Shown: positions 53,275 through 64,000 of the stretch, piece by piece
Numbering within the stretch: the stretch's first letter is position 1
Layout of the letters: every line of letters starts with the position of its first letter
From: Hydrolagus affinis
Taxonomy: Eukaryota
NCBI GenBank assembly: GCA_012026655.1
Contig: JAAILG010000383.1
Coordinates: 1-64,000 of the forward strand
Length of the DNA stretch: 64,000 bases
Direction: 5' to 3'
Notes under the pieces: generated by a model
The model's database searches: none
What the model saw: the letters and a program-made list of their open reading frames with translations, nothing else
What the model was told of the DNA's origin: nothing
Position numbers and translations under genes: made by a program

Positions 53275-53319
53275 ATGGAAGAAGCTGAACTGCTGAAAGC
53301 ACGGCTGCTGGCCATCACT
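53275..53319 (+). CDS. PALMD: Palmdelphin (paralemmin family) coding exon with canonical ATG
   Basis: Encodes MEEAELLKARLLAIT (human PALMD starts MEEAELVKGRLQAIT); 45 nt; donor ACT|gtaagt; preceded by a polypyrimidine tract and AG at 53272-53273. Confidence 0.93.
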
Positions 53320-53460
53320 GTAAGTACTGTACTCCGACCTTCTGTTTGCGTGGATATTGTGTGTGCGAAGGACGTTTTCAGGTCAAATGTTCCAGGTCCT
53401 TCAACTTTAGATAGCTGCTCTCCACAGACTTAAAAGCCTCCAGGATAACAATACTTTTTT

Positions 53461-53482
53461 ACACACACACACACACACACAC
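53461..53482. repeat. (CA)n microsatellite
   Basis: Direct observation. Confidence 0.9.
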
Positions 53483-55510
53483 TTTAGAGGTGCTTTTCCC
53501 CTCAATGTCGGAGTGGCAACTTTTCCACCCTAATTAGAAGTCATTTAGTGAAGCCGAAATAAAAGCGATTCAAGAGCAAGAAGCAGAGGCACATATCGCA
53601 GCATTGATTTAACAAGAGCGTATTAGATTCCAAAGTCTGCAGGGAGTTCTGTGACACCACTGTGCTAGAGGGCAAACTGTTTGTTTCTAAATGAGGATAG
53701 AATACTCGAAGTCAAAGCAATCTTGCAAACGTATGATAACTTTCAGTGGCGAAAGAACATTTGATGGTAAATCACCAAATATAGATTTGCTACAAATGGC
53801 TAAAACACATTTTGAAATCAAAAAAAGATTCTAAGAACTATTCTAAGAAGCAATTTTTTAAGGCAGATTGTAATTCTAATGTGGCGTGATTGCTTTTCTG
53901 TCAGCAGATTAATGTTATATTGTACATATAACAATATATACTGTATTCTATATACATATATGTACAGTATTACATATTGAAGGCAGAAATAATCATACAT
54001 ATTATGCTGACCATGTAACTTATGGCATCTGCTCCAATTTTAGTTGAACATTGTATTAACGGCCAGCTAGCTAGGATTAGATCATAGGATGGAGATCTAA
54101 ATTAGAAATTAGCACGGCACAAAGCGATCTAGTCACTGAGCCAGGAAAAATTATATACTCTCTTGACACCAGCCTTGTGCACAAGTGCTGAGCGATAGAG
54201 TTGTGTAAAGAAATCCCTTTTCCATTATTTAATGCCAAATCCATTTTTGCTTTACTCTTCACAACTGAGGTCATGAAAGCGGAGGATTCACAGCAGGGTT
54301 TGCTAACAGCAACTGATAACTCGGATCCTCATTGGTAGCTGGGAGTTACATAATGGCTGAAATCTCCCAATCTACAAAGGAGATTTTGGAACAAGTTTGC
54401 CATGACACGCTGCCAGTTACCAGCTGGATTCCTGTTAGTCATTCCGAATTGCTATTAGTGAATCCCATTGCAACCCCCACCACAAACAAGTCGAAGCTGA
54501 TGTTCCCGGTATTAGTGCCAATCCATTTATACATTGCACTGGTAATTTTGGCATCAGGAGGTGCTAAGAGGTTATTTAGTGGGCATTACAAGGTTACCGT
54601 TGCTGGTAAATCCAACCGCCTCGCTGTTCAGCGGAAGATTCCACTGATGGGAATAAACGCCACATGAACTGGCGAAATTCGAACATAAGAACCATAGAAA
54701 TGCGCAACACTGTAGGACACTGCTTAATTGCCTGCCGCGTTTCACCCACAACTTATGCAGTCAATTCACTCTACAGTATATTCTGTGAAGTGCTTTGAGA
54801 CGTCTGGAAGATGTGATAAAGCTCCATACCAAATGCAAGGATTATTATTGTTATTGTTCATCTACTCCATTGAGAATTCTACCATATACCTCTACTTTGC
54901 TACATTTGCATCTATTTCATGTGCCTTCATTTTGGTCACCAGACTATCACGCAGAAACTTATTGAACATTTTCCTAAAATCCAAATAAGCAGCATTTACC
55001 ATATCTCCCTTATCCACATCCTTGGCCACTTGATCAATGAATTCACTCAATGATAGAGGCCTTTCTAAATTGTGCTATGCATGTTAAACAGGTAACAACA
55101 GAACGTCAACTAAAATAAAGTTCATCAAGTACCTCAATGAGAACTTTCAAATTAGCTTTAAACATCCTAAAGATATTTTGCAATGCAAATTCTGCAAAGA
55201 GAAATTAAAATGCTACATCACAGCTTAATAAATACTACAGTCCAAGTTTATCAATAGTGTGACTGCAGAGAGAACAGCATGCTTTAAATACTGTAGAATA
55301 GAGGGGGATTTCATGAATCTATAACATCAAACCCACCCATTAAATGAGCACTCTTGTTAACAAGGACTAACTGATAGATGCTGCTATGTGTTGCTCTTAA
55401 CTGCCCTTTAAAAGGGACAATATCACCATGAAGGTTGTCAATATTCAAATAACCTAACGTTTTTGAGTTTGAAATAAATGGATGAAAATAATTTCTCAAT
55501 TCTATTGCAG

Positions 55511-55591
55511 AACAAGAGGAAAATACAAGAAGAGATCACAAGACAACGGTTTCAAGTGGAAGGAGAGAAGATGAAACTTAAGCATTTAAAG
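55511..55591 (+). CDS. PALMD: Palmdelphin coding exon 2
   Basis: ttgcag|NKRKIQEEITRQRFQVEGEKMKLKHLK|gtacat; 81 nt, phase 0-0; matches human DKRKIQEEISQKRLKIEEDKLKHQHLK. Confidence 0.93.
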
Positions 55592-56252
55592 GTACATGAG
55601 AGGGTATTGGGTCACGTGAGTCAATCACTTGTATCTCATCTCTTCTAAGAGTTGAATAGAGATCACCGAGGAGCTAAAGATGAGTGAACAAGAATGGAGA
55701 CAATTTGAACACGTTTGTGTGTGGTTCATAACAAAATATCTGGGATGCCTGCGATGTTTAAACATAAAAGCTGCTTATTAATAACAATTTGGTCACTCGA
55801 TCCGCGACAGTTTGTGGGACACCGTTGTGTGCAATTGGCTGCCGTGTTCCGCCATCAAAACAGACAGTCAATCCACTTGATAGTTTATTCAGCACAGTGA
55901 TCTGAGACCTCTTGAAGAGTAATAAGATGGACTCCTTGAGGGGTATGGATTCGTATGAACCAACCATTTTGTCTGAGCGATTGTTGGCCGAGAACCTGGG
56001 TGAAATTCACTTCTCTTTTTGAATTGTACCAAATTATGTTTGATTTTCACCTGAACAGGACACGGTTTAATCCCTCACCTGAAAGACTGCATTTCTGACA
56101 TTGCAGTGTTTGTTCCTCTAGCACGGCACTGAATTGGATCTTGAGGTCGATCTGTTCTATTGTATGAATGACAGAAGGGGAGTCACAGGGTCTCGTTATG
56201 GAAATGTCAAAGCACTGTTTTTTAGGTGATGATTGATTTCTGTTCCAAATAG

Positions 56253-56383
56253 TCGAAGGGCTTGAGAGAGAGATGGCTCGTGGAAGGGATAACAGCCATT
56301 CCTCTACAAGAACAAGAGGCCATGAAGAAACAACATCAGGAAGACCAACAACAATCAAAGCAACTGGAACAAAACATTCTCAG
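56253..56383 (+). CDS. PALMD: Palmdelphin coding exon 3
   Basis: aaatag|SKGLRERWLVEGITAIPLQEQEAMKKQHQEDQQQSKQLEQNIL(R)|gtaaag; paralemmin LRE(K/R)WL motif; 131 nt, phase 0-2. Confidence 0.93.
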
Positions 56384-56407
56384 GTAAAGCCCAAGACTGG
56401 AGATTAG

Positions 56408-56730
56408 ATCCTGTGGCTCAGTGGTTAGAGCATTTGCCTTACAGGTGTGAGACCTGTGTTCGAATCCAGGCTGATCAGGGCGAAACCTTGGGCAAGTTTC
56501 CTTACTCCACACGCCTAATAATAATCCCTCCAAAAAAAAACACAATAATAAAATTGGTCATTTCAATCTGCAACTGTTTGTGGGACACCGCTGTGCGCAA
56601 TTGGCTGCCACGTTTCGCCTACAAATATACAGTCAATTCACTTTACAGTATATTCCGTGAAGCGCTTTGAGACGTTGATAAGATGTGAAAAGTGCTATAT
56701 CAAATGCAAGGATTTTTGTGATTATTATTA
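56408..56730 (+). mobile_element. tRNA-derived SINE, full length (PALMD intron)
   Basis: A and B boxes, body, tail. Confidence 0.92.
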
Positions 56731-57787
56731 AGGTTTCAGCAGGTTAAAGGAAATTAGGTTTGCATTCATTTGTTCAATAAATGGGTGCAGACAAGAGCCC
56801 CAAAAGGTAAACTGAACACAGACATGATCAATCCAAGCAACTGGCACTTTGGCAGCTCAGAATCATATCTTCCGACCAGTCTTTTTTCAGCGCCTTTGGA
56901 AATTTTACCCTAATAAGGATCCCAGGTTCTATCAGTTTCCCTGGGCATGTTTAAAGGAAACAGGGGATTACTGAGGAACAGCTGTTGAAGTGAATTGTTT
57001 ACATTCCTTTACAATTCGGTTAGAGAGGCCTGGAAGAAAAGTTATAACAATGGTAGAAAAAAAACCTTAGTCTGGCTATCGGCGTATAATGACGCACCGG
57101 TTCACTGATTGCTATTGAAACTGAGTTGGAAGTTCTTAGGATTCAAACTTTATTTTTTTAAACGAGGCTTTTGAGGAACGCAATTACTCTGATGACATGT
57201 CAGGCACTGCACGTATCTATGCTCCATGGGTAAATTTAGCCTCTGCCTGATCAGAGAAACTATCTGAAGGTTAAAATGTTTGCCTTCCATTGAGAGTGTT
57301 CTGTTCCTATTCTGTGACATTAGACACCTGACTCAAGACAATATGACCTGCTTAAACTAATCAGCCATTCTCTGACACTTTGCTGGCTACTCGGTGCTAA
57401 GATATAAGTGATGTCAGAAGATTAATATGGAAAATCTGTCATAACTGTTATTTCTATTTTTAATCTCTTTGTCGAGTATGTTTTATGCTTCCCTAGCTAG
57501 ACGTTTTAAGTCGGTCCTCATGGGGATTGACAAACAAGGTCTGATATATTTACATATTCATTGCGTTCACATGTTTGTCATGGATGCTTGCAGCTCCGTT
57601 TGTCATTTCTTGTGAAAAGTGTGCGTTTGTTACATTACACTTTCAACCCATTTCCCCTAATGCCTGCTAAATGTTATTTGTCAAACAAAGGCAAAATGCA
57701 ACTAACAGATTCTGCCACAATGATAAGAATATCTGCAAAATATATTGGTTTTGACTCTAATGCAATGTAATACTAGACTCTAATTAG

Positions 57788-58310
57788 GCAGCCCAGTAGT
57801 TTAGCGGTTAGAGCACTCGCCTTGCAAGTGAGAGGACCTGAGTAATGATTCCCAGGCAGGGTGAAACCTTAGGTGAGTTTCCTTGCTCCACATGTCTCTG
57901 TTTACCTAGCAGTAAGTAGGAACCCAGTTGTTAGTCAATTGCCGATCATGTTTCTGGAGGGGTAATAATCCCTTTTAAAAATGTATATATTTTTATATCT
58001 ATATTTTTAAATGGATTGGTCACTCAACCCATGACTGTTTGCGGGTCACTGCTGTGGGCAATTGGCTTCTGCGTTTCATCCACAAAATATACAGTCAATT
58101 TACTTTACAGTATATTCTGTGAAGCGCTTTTGAGAAGTCTTGGAGATGTGATATTACTGTACAAGGATTGTTACCATATTAAGCAGGATTTGACTTGGAG
58201 TAAGGAGTGGAGTAAGGAAACTTGCCCAAGGTTTTGCCCTGACCTGCCTGGATTTGAACACAGGTCTCACGCTTGTAAGGCGAGTGCTCTAACCACTGAT
58301 CTACAGGAGC
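57788..58310. mobile_element. Long-variant SINE (plus) followed by a minus-strand SINE head
   Basis: Plus copy ~57788-58175 has an extra ~70 nt after the head; minus head ~58205-58310. Confidence 0.8.
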
Positions 58311-60204
58311 AATTTTTCCAGTACAAGAGTATTTGTTCAGTTAATAGGAGTCAGGCTATGCGATTCTTGTTGGTGTATCGGTTAACCCTGTATGTGAGGT
58401 AAAGATTGCATCTACAGCTTTCAAGTCAGTCCTTTCGACATTGCTCTGAATTCTTTCCTTTCCCTCTACCTCCTCTAAACTCCCTGTGTTGTACAGACAG
58501 AGTAGAGCATGTTATGTTGAACTTGCATTCTGCCACAATAGGTCACTAGTGCACTTTCTACAGCTGTATTTATAGAGCAGTGAGGCCCAAGCTGCTTCTA
58601 CCCTTGGCACACAATAGCTTCCTCTCGGCATTCAAGATCACGATTACAATCCAGCAATAACTATTCAGCACTGAATATCTTGGTTAAGATGACTTCTGCA
58701 CGTGAAACTAACCTTATAGCACATTGCTAAAGTAAGTACACAATGCTTTTCCCTTTGATGTACTTTGAGCTCCAGTATTAAAACAGAAAGTTAAAGATAT
58801 TTGAACATTTTGTGAAGAAACATTATTGGATACTTGCTTCTTGAATTATTGAAAAATGCACCAGAAACCTAATGATAGTTTGTCCAAAACTAGATTAAAT
58901 AGTGATTAAATAGTTTCAAACTCCCCCCACCACCAGCCATCAAAATTGTAATACAGTATTGACAGATTTTGACGTTGGGTTGGGACAGGCTAATTCAATT
59001 TTCACGATACAATATGTTTTTATTTTAAAGTGCTACATTCGACTGGGCTCTATCTGCCAAAGAACTTTGAAAAGAACATTCAAATTATTTCTGAAGCTCT
59101 TATCACAATTCTTTAACAATATTAAATCATATTATAGCAGGAGGGATGGACAGATTGCAAATGTAAATGTACTTTCTCTTTTCACGTCACTATTATTGCC
59201 AGGACTTCACTTCTGGCCTTACAACCGCAGCACGAGAAACTGAAATTACCCAAACCTACTGCTGCTCTAAGAATTAAGCATGGGAATAAGGGTTCTTATG
59301 TAGCATAATGAACATTCCCCTATTTTCCTATTTACCATTTCATTCCTGTGATTAAAGGTCACATGAAACAATTCTTTTCAAAGGAAAGCTTATTTTATTT
59401 CCTATTCAATCAAATGCAAATCAGCATAGCTACCTTCACGACCTATATCTTTATTAATACCTCCGTTTTTGTGTTCTATCCATTGAAGAGTAAGATTTCA
59501 TCATTTACTCATGGTGTATCTATGTTTGTCGTTTTCTTCCCAACTGATGAGATGTGCAAAGTAGGAGGATAGGTGCAGCATGTGCTGTTCAAAGACTTTT
59601 CTCCAATTCAAGTTTATAACACAAACTTGCAAAGATTTATGATTGGTACAGAGTTTTTTTTCCCTGCCTCTTTCCTTGTGTATGTGTCCACATATTTGAA
59701 TGTGTTTATATTTGTACAGTAGGCATGTTTATGACCTTGTCAGGGTTGAGTAGTCTGGAGGGATTACTAAACCTGACCATGCAAAAGAGATGAATCAATG
59801 TCGACAGTTGTAATGACGAAACCCCCTGGGTTAATGACTGTATATTGACTGATATTAATTTAATGTCCTTGCATTAGCTCATTCAATAACTGCTTTAAAT
59901 CACTAATCCCAATGCTGGGAGCAATTTTCCTCCTGTTGGTAAAGTGTACAGTATGGATAGTGACAGCACTGGGGGAATGAAGATTTGTTGCTCAGTAAAG
60001 TTACCAACCCTGGCTCAGGGGCAGATTGGTCAAACTTTTGGGATTAAGATAATGTTGTGACACAATATTCACATTGCTAGAAGTGATTCTAACACATCTA
60101 TACCTGCAACTATGACAACGTAGCCATTGGGATGTTTTAAGGGGAAAAAAAGAGATGCTTATTATGCAGAGGGAAGGTGGGGAGATAATAATAATTTGAT
60201 CTAG

Positions 60205-60780
60205 ACATCTTCTAGATGTCTCAAAGCTCTTCACAGAATATACTGTATATTTGTGGGCAGACCACGGCAGCCAATTGCACACAGCAGTGTCCCACAAACA
60301 GTCGTGGATTGAAATGACCAATTTATTATTGGGTTATTTTGAGGGATTATTATCAGGCATGTGGAGTAAGGAAACTTGCCCAAGGTTTTGCCCTGCCTTG
60401 AATCGAACCCAGATCTCTCGCTTATAAGACAAGTGGTCTATGCTACAGGACTCTACAAAATGGAATTAAAAGACCAGCCATAATCTAATAAACTTCTGCA
60501 TAGTCTCCTCCTGTTCCCAATATTTTTTCAGTATTAAGTAACATTTACATTTCCAAATACAGTACCATACCTTTTTACAGTACCATATTACTGAGCTACA
60601 AATAACATAGTAACAATAAATAATAATCCTTGCATTTGATATAGGGCCTCAGCACAAAGTCTCAAAGCAATTCACAGAATATGCCGTAAAGTGAATGGGC
60701 TATGCATTTTGTGGGCGAAACATGACAGTCAATCGGGCACAGCAGGGTCCCACAAACAGTCGTGAATTGAATGACAATTT
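60205..60780 (-). mobile_element. Two SINE copies
   Basis: ~60205-60453 near full length; ~60615-60780 3' half. Confidence 0.85.
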
Positions 60781-61142
60781 ACAAAAAATTACTCACAGAA
60801 AGCGATCTGCCAATCAACTAACAACAGGTTCCTAAAATGGTATTGACAGTCTGCAGTATATGCACTATCCTGCATACAAATTAGCCAATGCAAACCTCCT
60901 ATTTACATAATTCATTAAGTTAGCTAGTACCGTATATACTCTGCCTATTCACTACTGTATTATTCAGGTGTGACTGAGGACAAACTTAGCAATGTCACTT
61001 GGGAAAGGTGACGTTTGCAATGAAAGTACATCCATCTGGCGCACGATCCAGTCAATAAACAGCCAGACCCCAAATCTTTCTTTCAGTTTGAAACCTGAGT
61101 AAAATGAATTGTTTCCGAATGTAAATTCCTTGTCGTTTATAG

Positions 61143-61245
61143 ACTTGAAGAAGACATTGAAAATCTTGAAAAACAAGAGGTTCAGATATCTGCCAATGAA
61201 CAACTACTCTTGGCAAAGCTGAAAACGACAGAAGATGTAATAAAG
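61143..61245 (+). CDS. PALMD: Palmdelphin coding exon 4
   Basis: ttatag|(R)LEEDIENLEKQEVQISANEQLLLAKLKTTEDVIK|gtacag; 103 nt, phase 2-0; matches human RLEKEIQDLEKAELQIS. Confidence 0.92.
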
Positions 61246-62219
61246 GTACAGCATTCAAAGTATCTAACAAATGAATGGCATGAATGCATTTTCACTGGAT
61301 TATAACACATGCTTAAACTAACTTGGGTTTATAATCTGTTTCGTTCGATATAAAGTATCTATTTTCATCTATGTTCATTACTGACATTTAGCATTTACTA
61401 AGGAGAAGTTGAACGTGTTTAACCAGAGAATACATGTTTCTAACAATCTTGATACTTATATTGACCAGTTTGTGGTTTGTGCCAGTGAAACTGGACCATT
61501 TTGTTACTCAATTAATAGTTAAATCTTTCCCAAGGTTAATTAGGCTGGGAACTGCTGCCGAAATGTAGATTGGATGTCTGGATTATTTCAAATGAAAGTA
61601 GTCTTCACTCTTATTCAACACCTAATAGAACAAGTGGATTTTGCCCTCTTACATTGGGGGGAAAAAAGGATGTTTTCTCTTCCTTTGGACAAATGCTTTA
61701 TAGCATATACACACACGCTAAGAATGAAAATGTACAGAGATCATCGAACTCAAATAAACTGTTGGTGCAACCTCATTATCCTAAGTGCATAATTAACATG
61801 GAACAACATAAGAGTTATGACTTTCAGCCTAAAACATAATCATACATCTGGAAAAGTGAAACGTCAAGGTTATTTCAGTTGAGGCATTTTTTTGGTTCGG
61901 TTAAGTACGCTTACTTTTTGGTTTTCAGGGTAAGTAAGAGTTTTCCAGGGTAATTATTTAAATATCTGGGAGATGTCACATTGTGCAGAAGACATTTTTA
62001 TATCCTAAAATGCCCAGTTGGAAACTGCTCACACTCTCTTTAGAATGCAAGTATCTATCAGCGTCTGTACATTGGGTAGGTTATGGATTCATTTTAAGAT
62101 CCAGGCAACGATCCTGGCTGTATATGTGCCCAGCATGTCCTGTAAGAACATATTTTTTTCTGCCCTCGCATTCAGTTCTCAGAAATCACAACAAATTATT
62201 TTTAACTGTCTTCTCACAG

Positions 62220-62244
62220 GCGACAAAGGCTGAGACTGATCAAG
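62220..62244 (+). CDS. PALMD: Palmdelphin coding micro-exon 5
   Basis: ctcacag|ATKAETDQ(G)|gtaaga; 25 nt, phase 0-1, needed to link exon 4 (phase 0) to exon 6 (phase 1). Confidence 0.85.
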
Positions 62245-62344
62245 GTAAGAAAAGCACCATCAACATTTGCTTTGTTCACCTTTGGCCAAAAAGATGGTTT
62301 TGCCGTCATTTCACCACATCAATCATTGCTGTTACTTTCTACAG

Positions 62345-62449
62345 GCCCTGTGCAATTTATATACTCAAAGATTCCAGATCTTCCAAAGTCATATGAACCC
62401 TGCAATTTGCAAAGTACAGCAAGTCAAGAACAGGAACCACTCAAAATAG
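62345..62449 (+). CDS. PALMD: Palmdelphin coding exon 6 (gene continues beyond window)
   Basis: ctacag|(G)PVQFIYSKIPDLPKSYEPCNLQSTASQEQEPLKI|gtacct; IPDLPKSY is identical to human PALMD; 105 nt, phase 1-1. Confidence 0.92.
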   Translation, partial: ALCNLYTQRFQIFQSHMNPAICKVQQVKNRNHSK

Positions 62450-62899
62450 GTACCTATTACTGTACATATGTACACTCATTCTACAATTCACACTCATTAA
62501 GTTCCTCGACACTGAAGACATTTGAGGTGCAAAATGTGATAATTACCACCTTAATCCGTTATGAAACACCACCTTCTTCGACATATGAACTCACTAGCAA
62601 TTGGAAAGTAAAGTAACCAAATATATAAACGTGACTAAATTCGCCTTTTTTACATGACTATATTGTGATAACAAATCTGTTCTCATTAGAAGAATGGGTT
62701 TTATAGCGTTAAGTGCCGACAGAACATGTCAGTGATGTTTTAAATGGCAGTCTACCAATTTTGCAGAGGTTTCAAATATATTACTAACTTGTCTTAAAGG
62801 ACAATTCTTTCAGGGCTTAGATTTTTTTTAAAAAATCTAAATAAAATCTAACTTACTGAATGTCAAGTGTGGAAATTTAGTTGTCCACAATTCCCTATG

Positions 62900-63520
62900 C
62901 ATTTGCAATGGAGATAAACGTGTGGACCAAATCTACTGTATTTTCTCCTTTGTAATCTCAGCACCTTGTCTCAGTGGATGACCGATGCTATAGCAGTACT
63001 GTCTAATTTCCATGCACCACAGCAAGAATGTCTTGAGGCGGGAGCCATTCATTATGGAAACCAATGCGTACTTAATTGTTTCTCCATTTGTGGTGGAGAA
63101 AATAGCCAGCAGTAAAGCACAAATCACTGCCAGAGCTCCATCATTTTTCCTGTGATGTCCAAAGACCTGTTCTGTTCTATTTTATGTGCATTCAACACAA
63201 TCACCAACTGAATAAAACCAGTCTGCATGGCTGTAATCCCTTATCAAGGCTCTCCACTGTGGCCTGAGGCTGGTCGCAAAGAGTACAGCAGTCAATAGGG
63301 TATTTTGAATCAATCCTCGGAGTGCATGGCTTTACAGAAGGGATCAACATCCCATTCTGATCAAAAAGGAATCCTTCACGATCCTCCAATCTTTATTGGT
63401 AAAACCCATTCCACAGTATGGCAATGATGCCATTGATGTATTTATTCTCTTACCTTGAAGATGTCCCTGCTAACATTTCCACTCATGTAATCTCAGTCAA
63501 GTGCCTTTTGTCTGTGCTAC
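62900..63520 (+). mobile_element. Highly decayed Gypsy-like pol relic (in PALMD intron)
   Basis: EPFIMETNA resembles RNaseH-linker PFILETDAS; VHGFTEGI..HSDQ and PFHSM(G)N resemble integrase YGFPERIHSDQG and PYHPMGNG; needs frameshifts. Confidence 0.35.
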
Positions 63521-64000
63521 TTGAGACAAGCAGTGAGCTGCTCCATTCCACCTACATGAACTGGCAGTGTTATCTTCTGTGCCAGTTACACAGCCATGTG
63601 TTTGCGGATCTAACAATATTTATGATGTCGATGAAATGCTTACTGTGCTGGCAGCAGAAGTTTGAGATTCTGGTACAAACGACACTGACGATACAGAGGA
63701 TGCAGGTTACTTCTGCCTAGAATTAAAATAATGAAACCAACAGTGTTTCCATCATTTTTATATTGCACAATTGTTTAGAAATAATTAACACGTCAGTATA
63801 AATGGTGTGATTGTGTGTTGTGTTCCCCTTGTTTAAAATGCAATGGGCAATAGACAAAAAGATAGAACATTAACTAAAATAATTATCCAATTTGGATAAT
63901 TCGGGATTCGAGCTGCCCATCCTTTACAACTTTACAACTGATAACTTTTACCTGCATGTGATAAGAGAACAAAATGTGTATGTATTTGGTTTCTTTGCAA

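Noticed and set aside
52951-53433. 160-aa ORF as a single PALMD exon
   Set aside because: Only 53275-53319 matches palmdelphin and it is bounded by splice sites; the flanks are read-through
2817-60780. CRISPR-like or regularly interspaced repeat system
   Set aside because: The recurring motifs are dispersed in both orientations with irregular kb-scale spacing, in a spliced-gene context with no cas-like ORFs

Overview
Eukaryotic, AT-rich, repeat-dense vertebrate DNA. The repeat content (tRNA-head SINEs with a Deu-type 3' part, L2 and CR1 LINE fragments) suggests a cartilaginous fish, possibly a chimaera (inference). The only gene I recognise is palmdelphin (PALMD, + strand): six phase-compatible coding exons from 53275 to 62449, continuing past the window, plus a candidate in-frame upstream first exon at 45415-45458. 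The first ~42 kb look intergenic in the ORF track. By hand, though, I can trace two chains of minus-strand exon-like segments (about 1348-20399 and 22005-41792) with mostly canonical splice sites and largely matching reading phases. They also carry in-frame stops, frameshifts, damaged splice sites and SINE insertions, so they look like unprocessed pseudogenes of large proteins I cannot identify. One sits directly behind a CpG-rich cluster of RFX X-box motifs. The rest is about 30 SINE copies, L2/CR1/Gypsy relics, microsatellites and a few candidate regulatory motifs. All coordinates were read by eye and repeat boundaries are approximate. No prokaryote-type systems (CRISPR, operons) are present.
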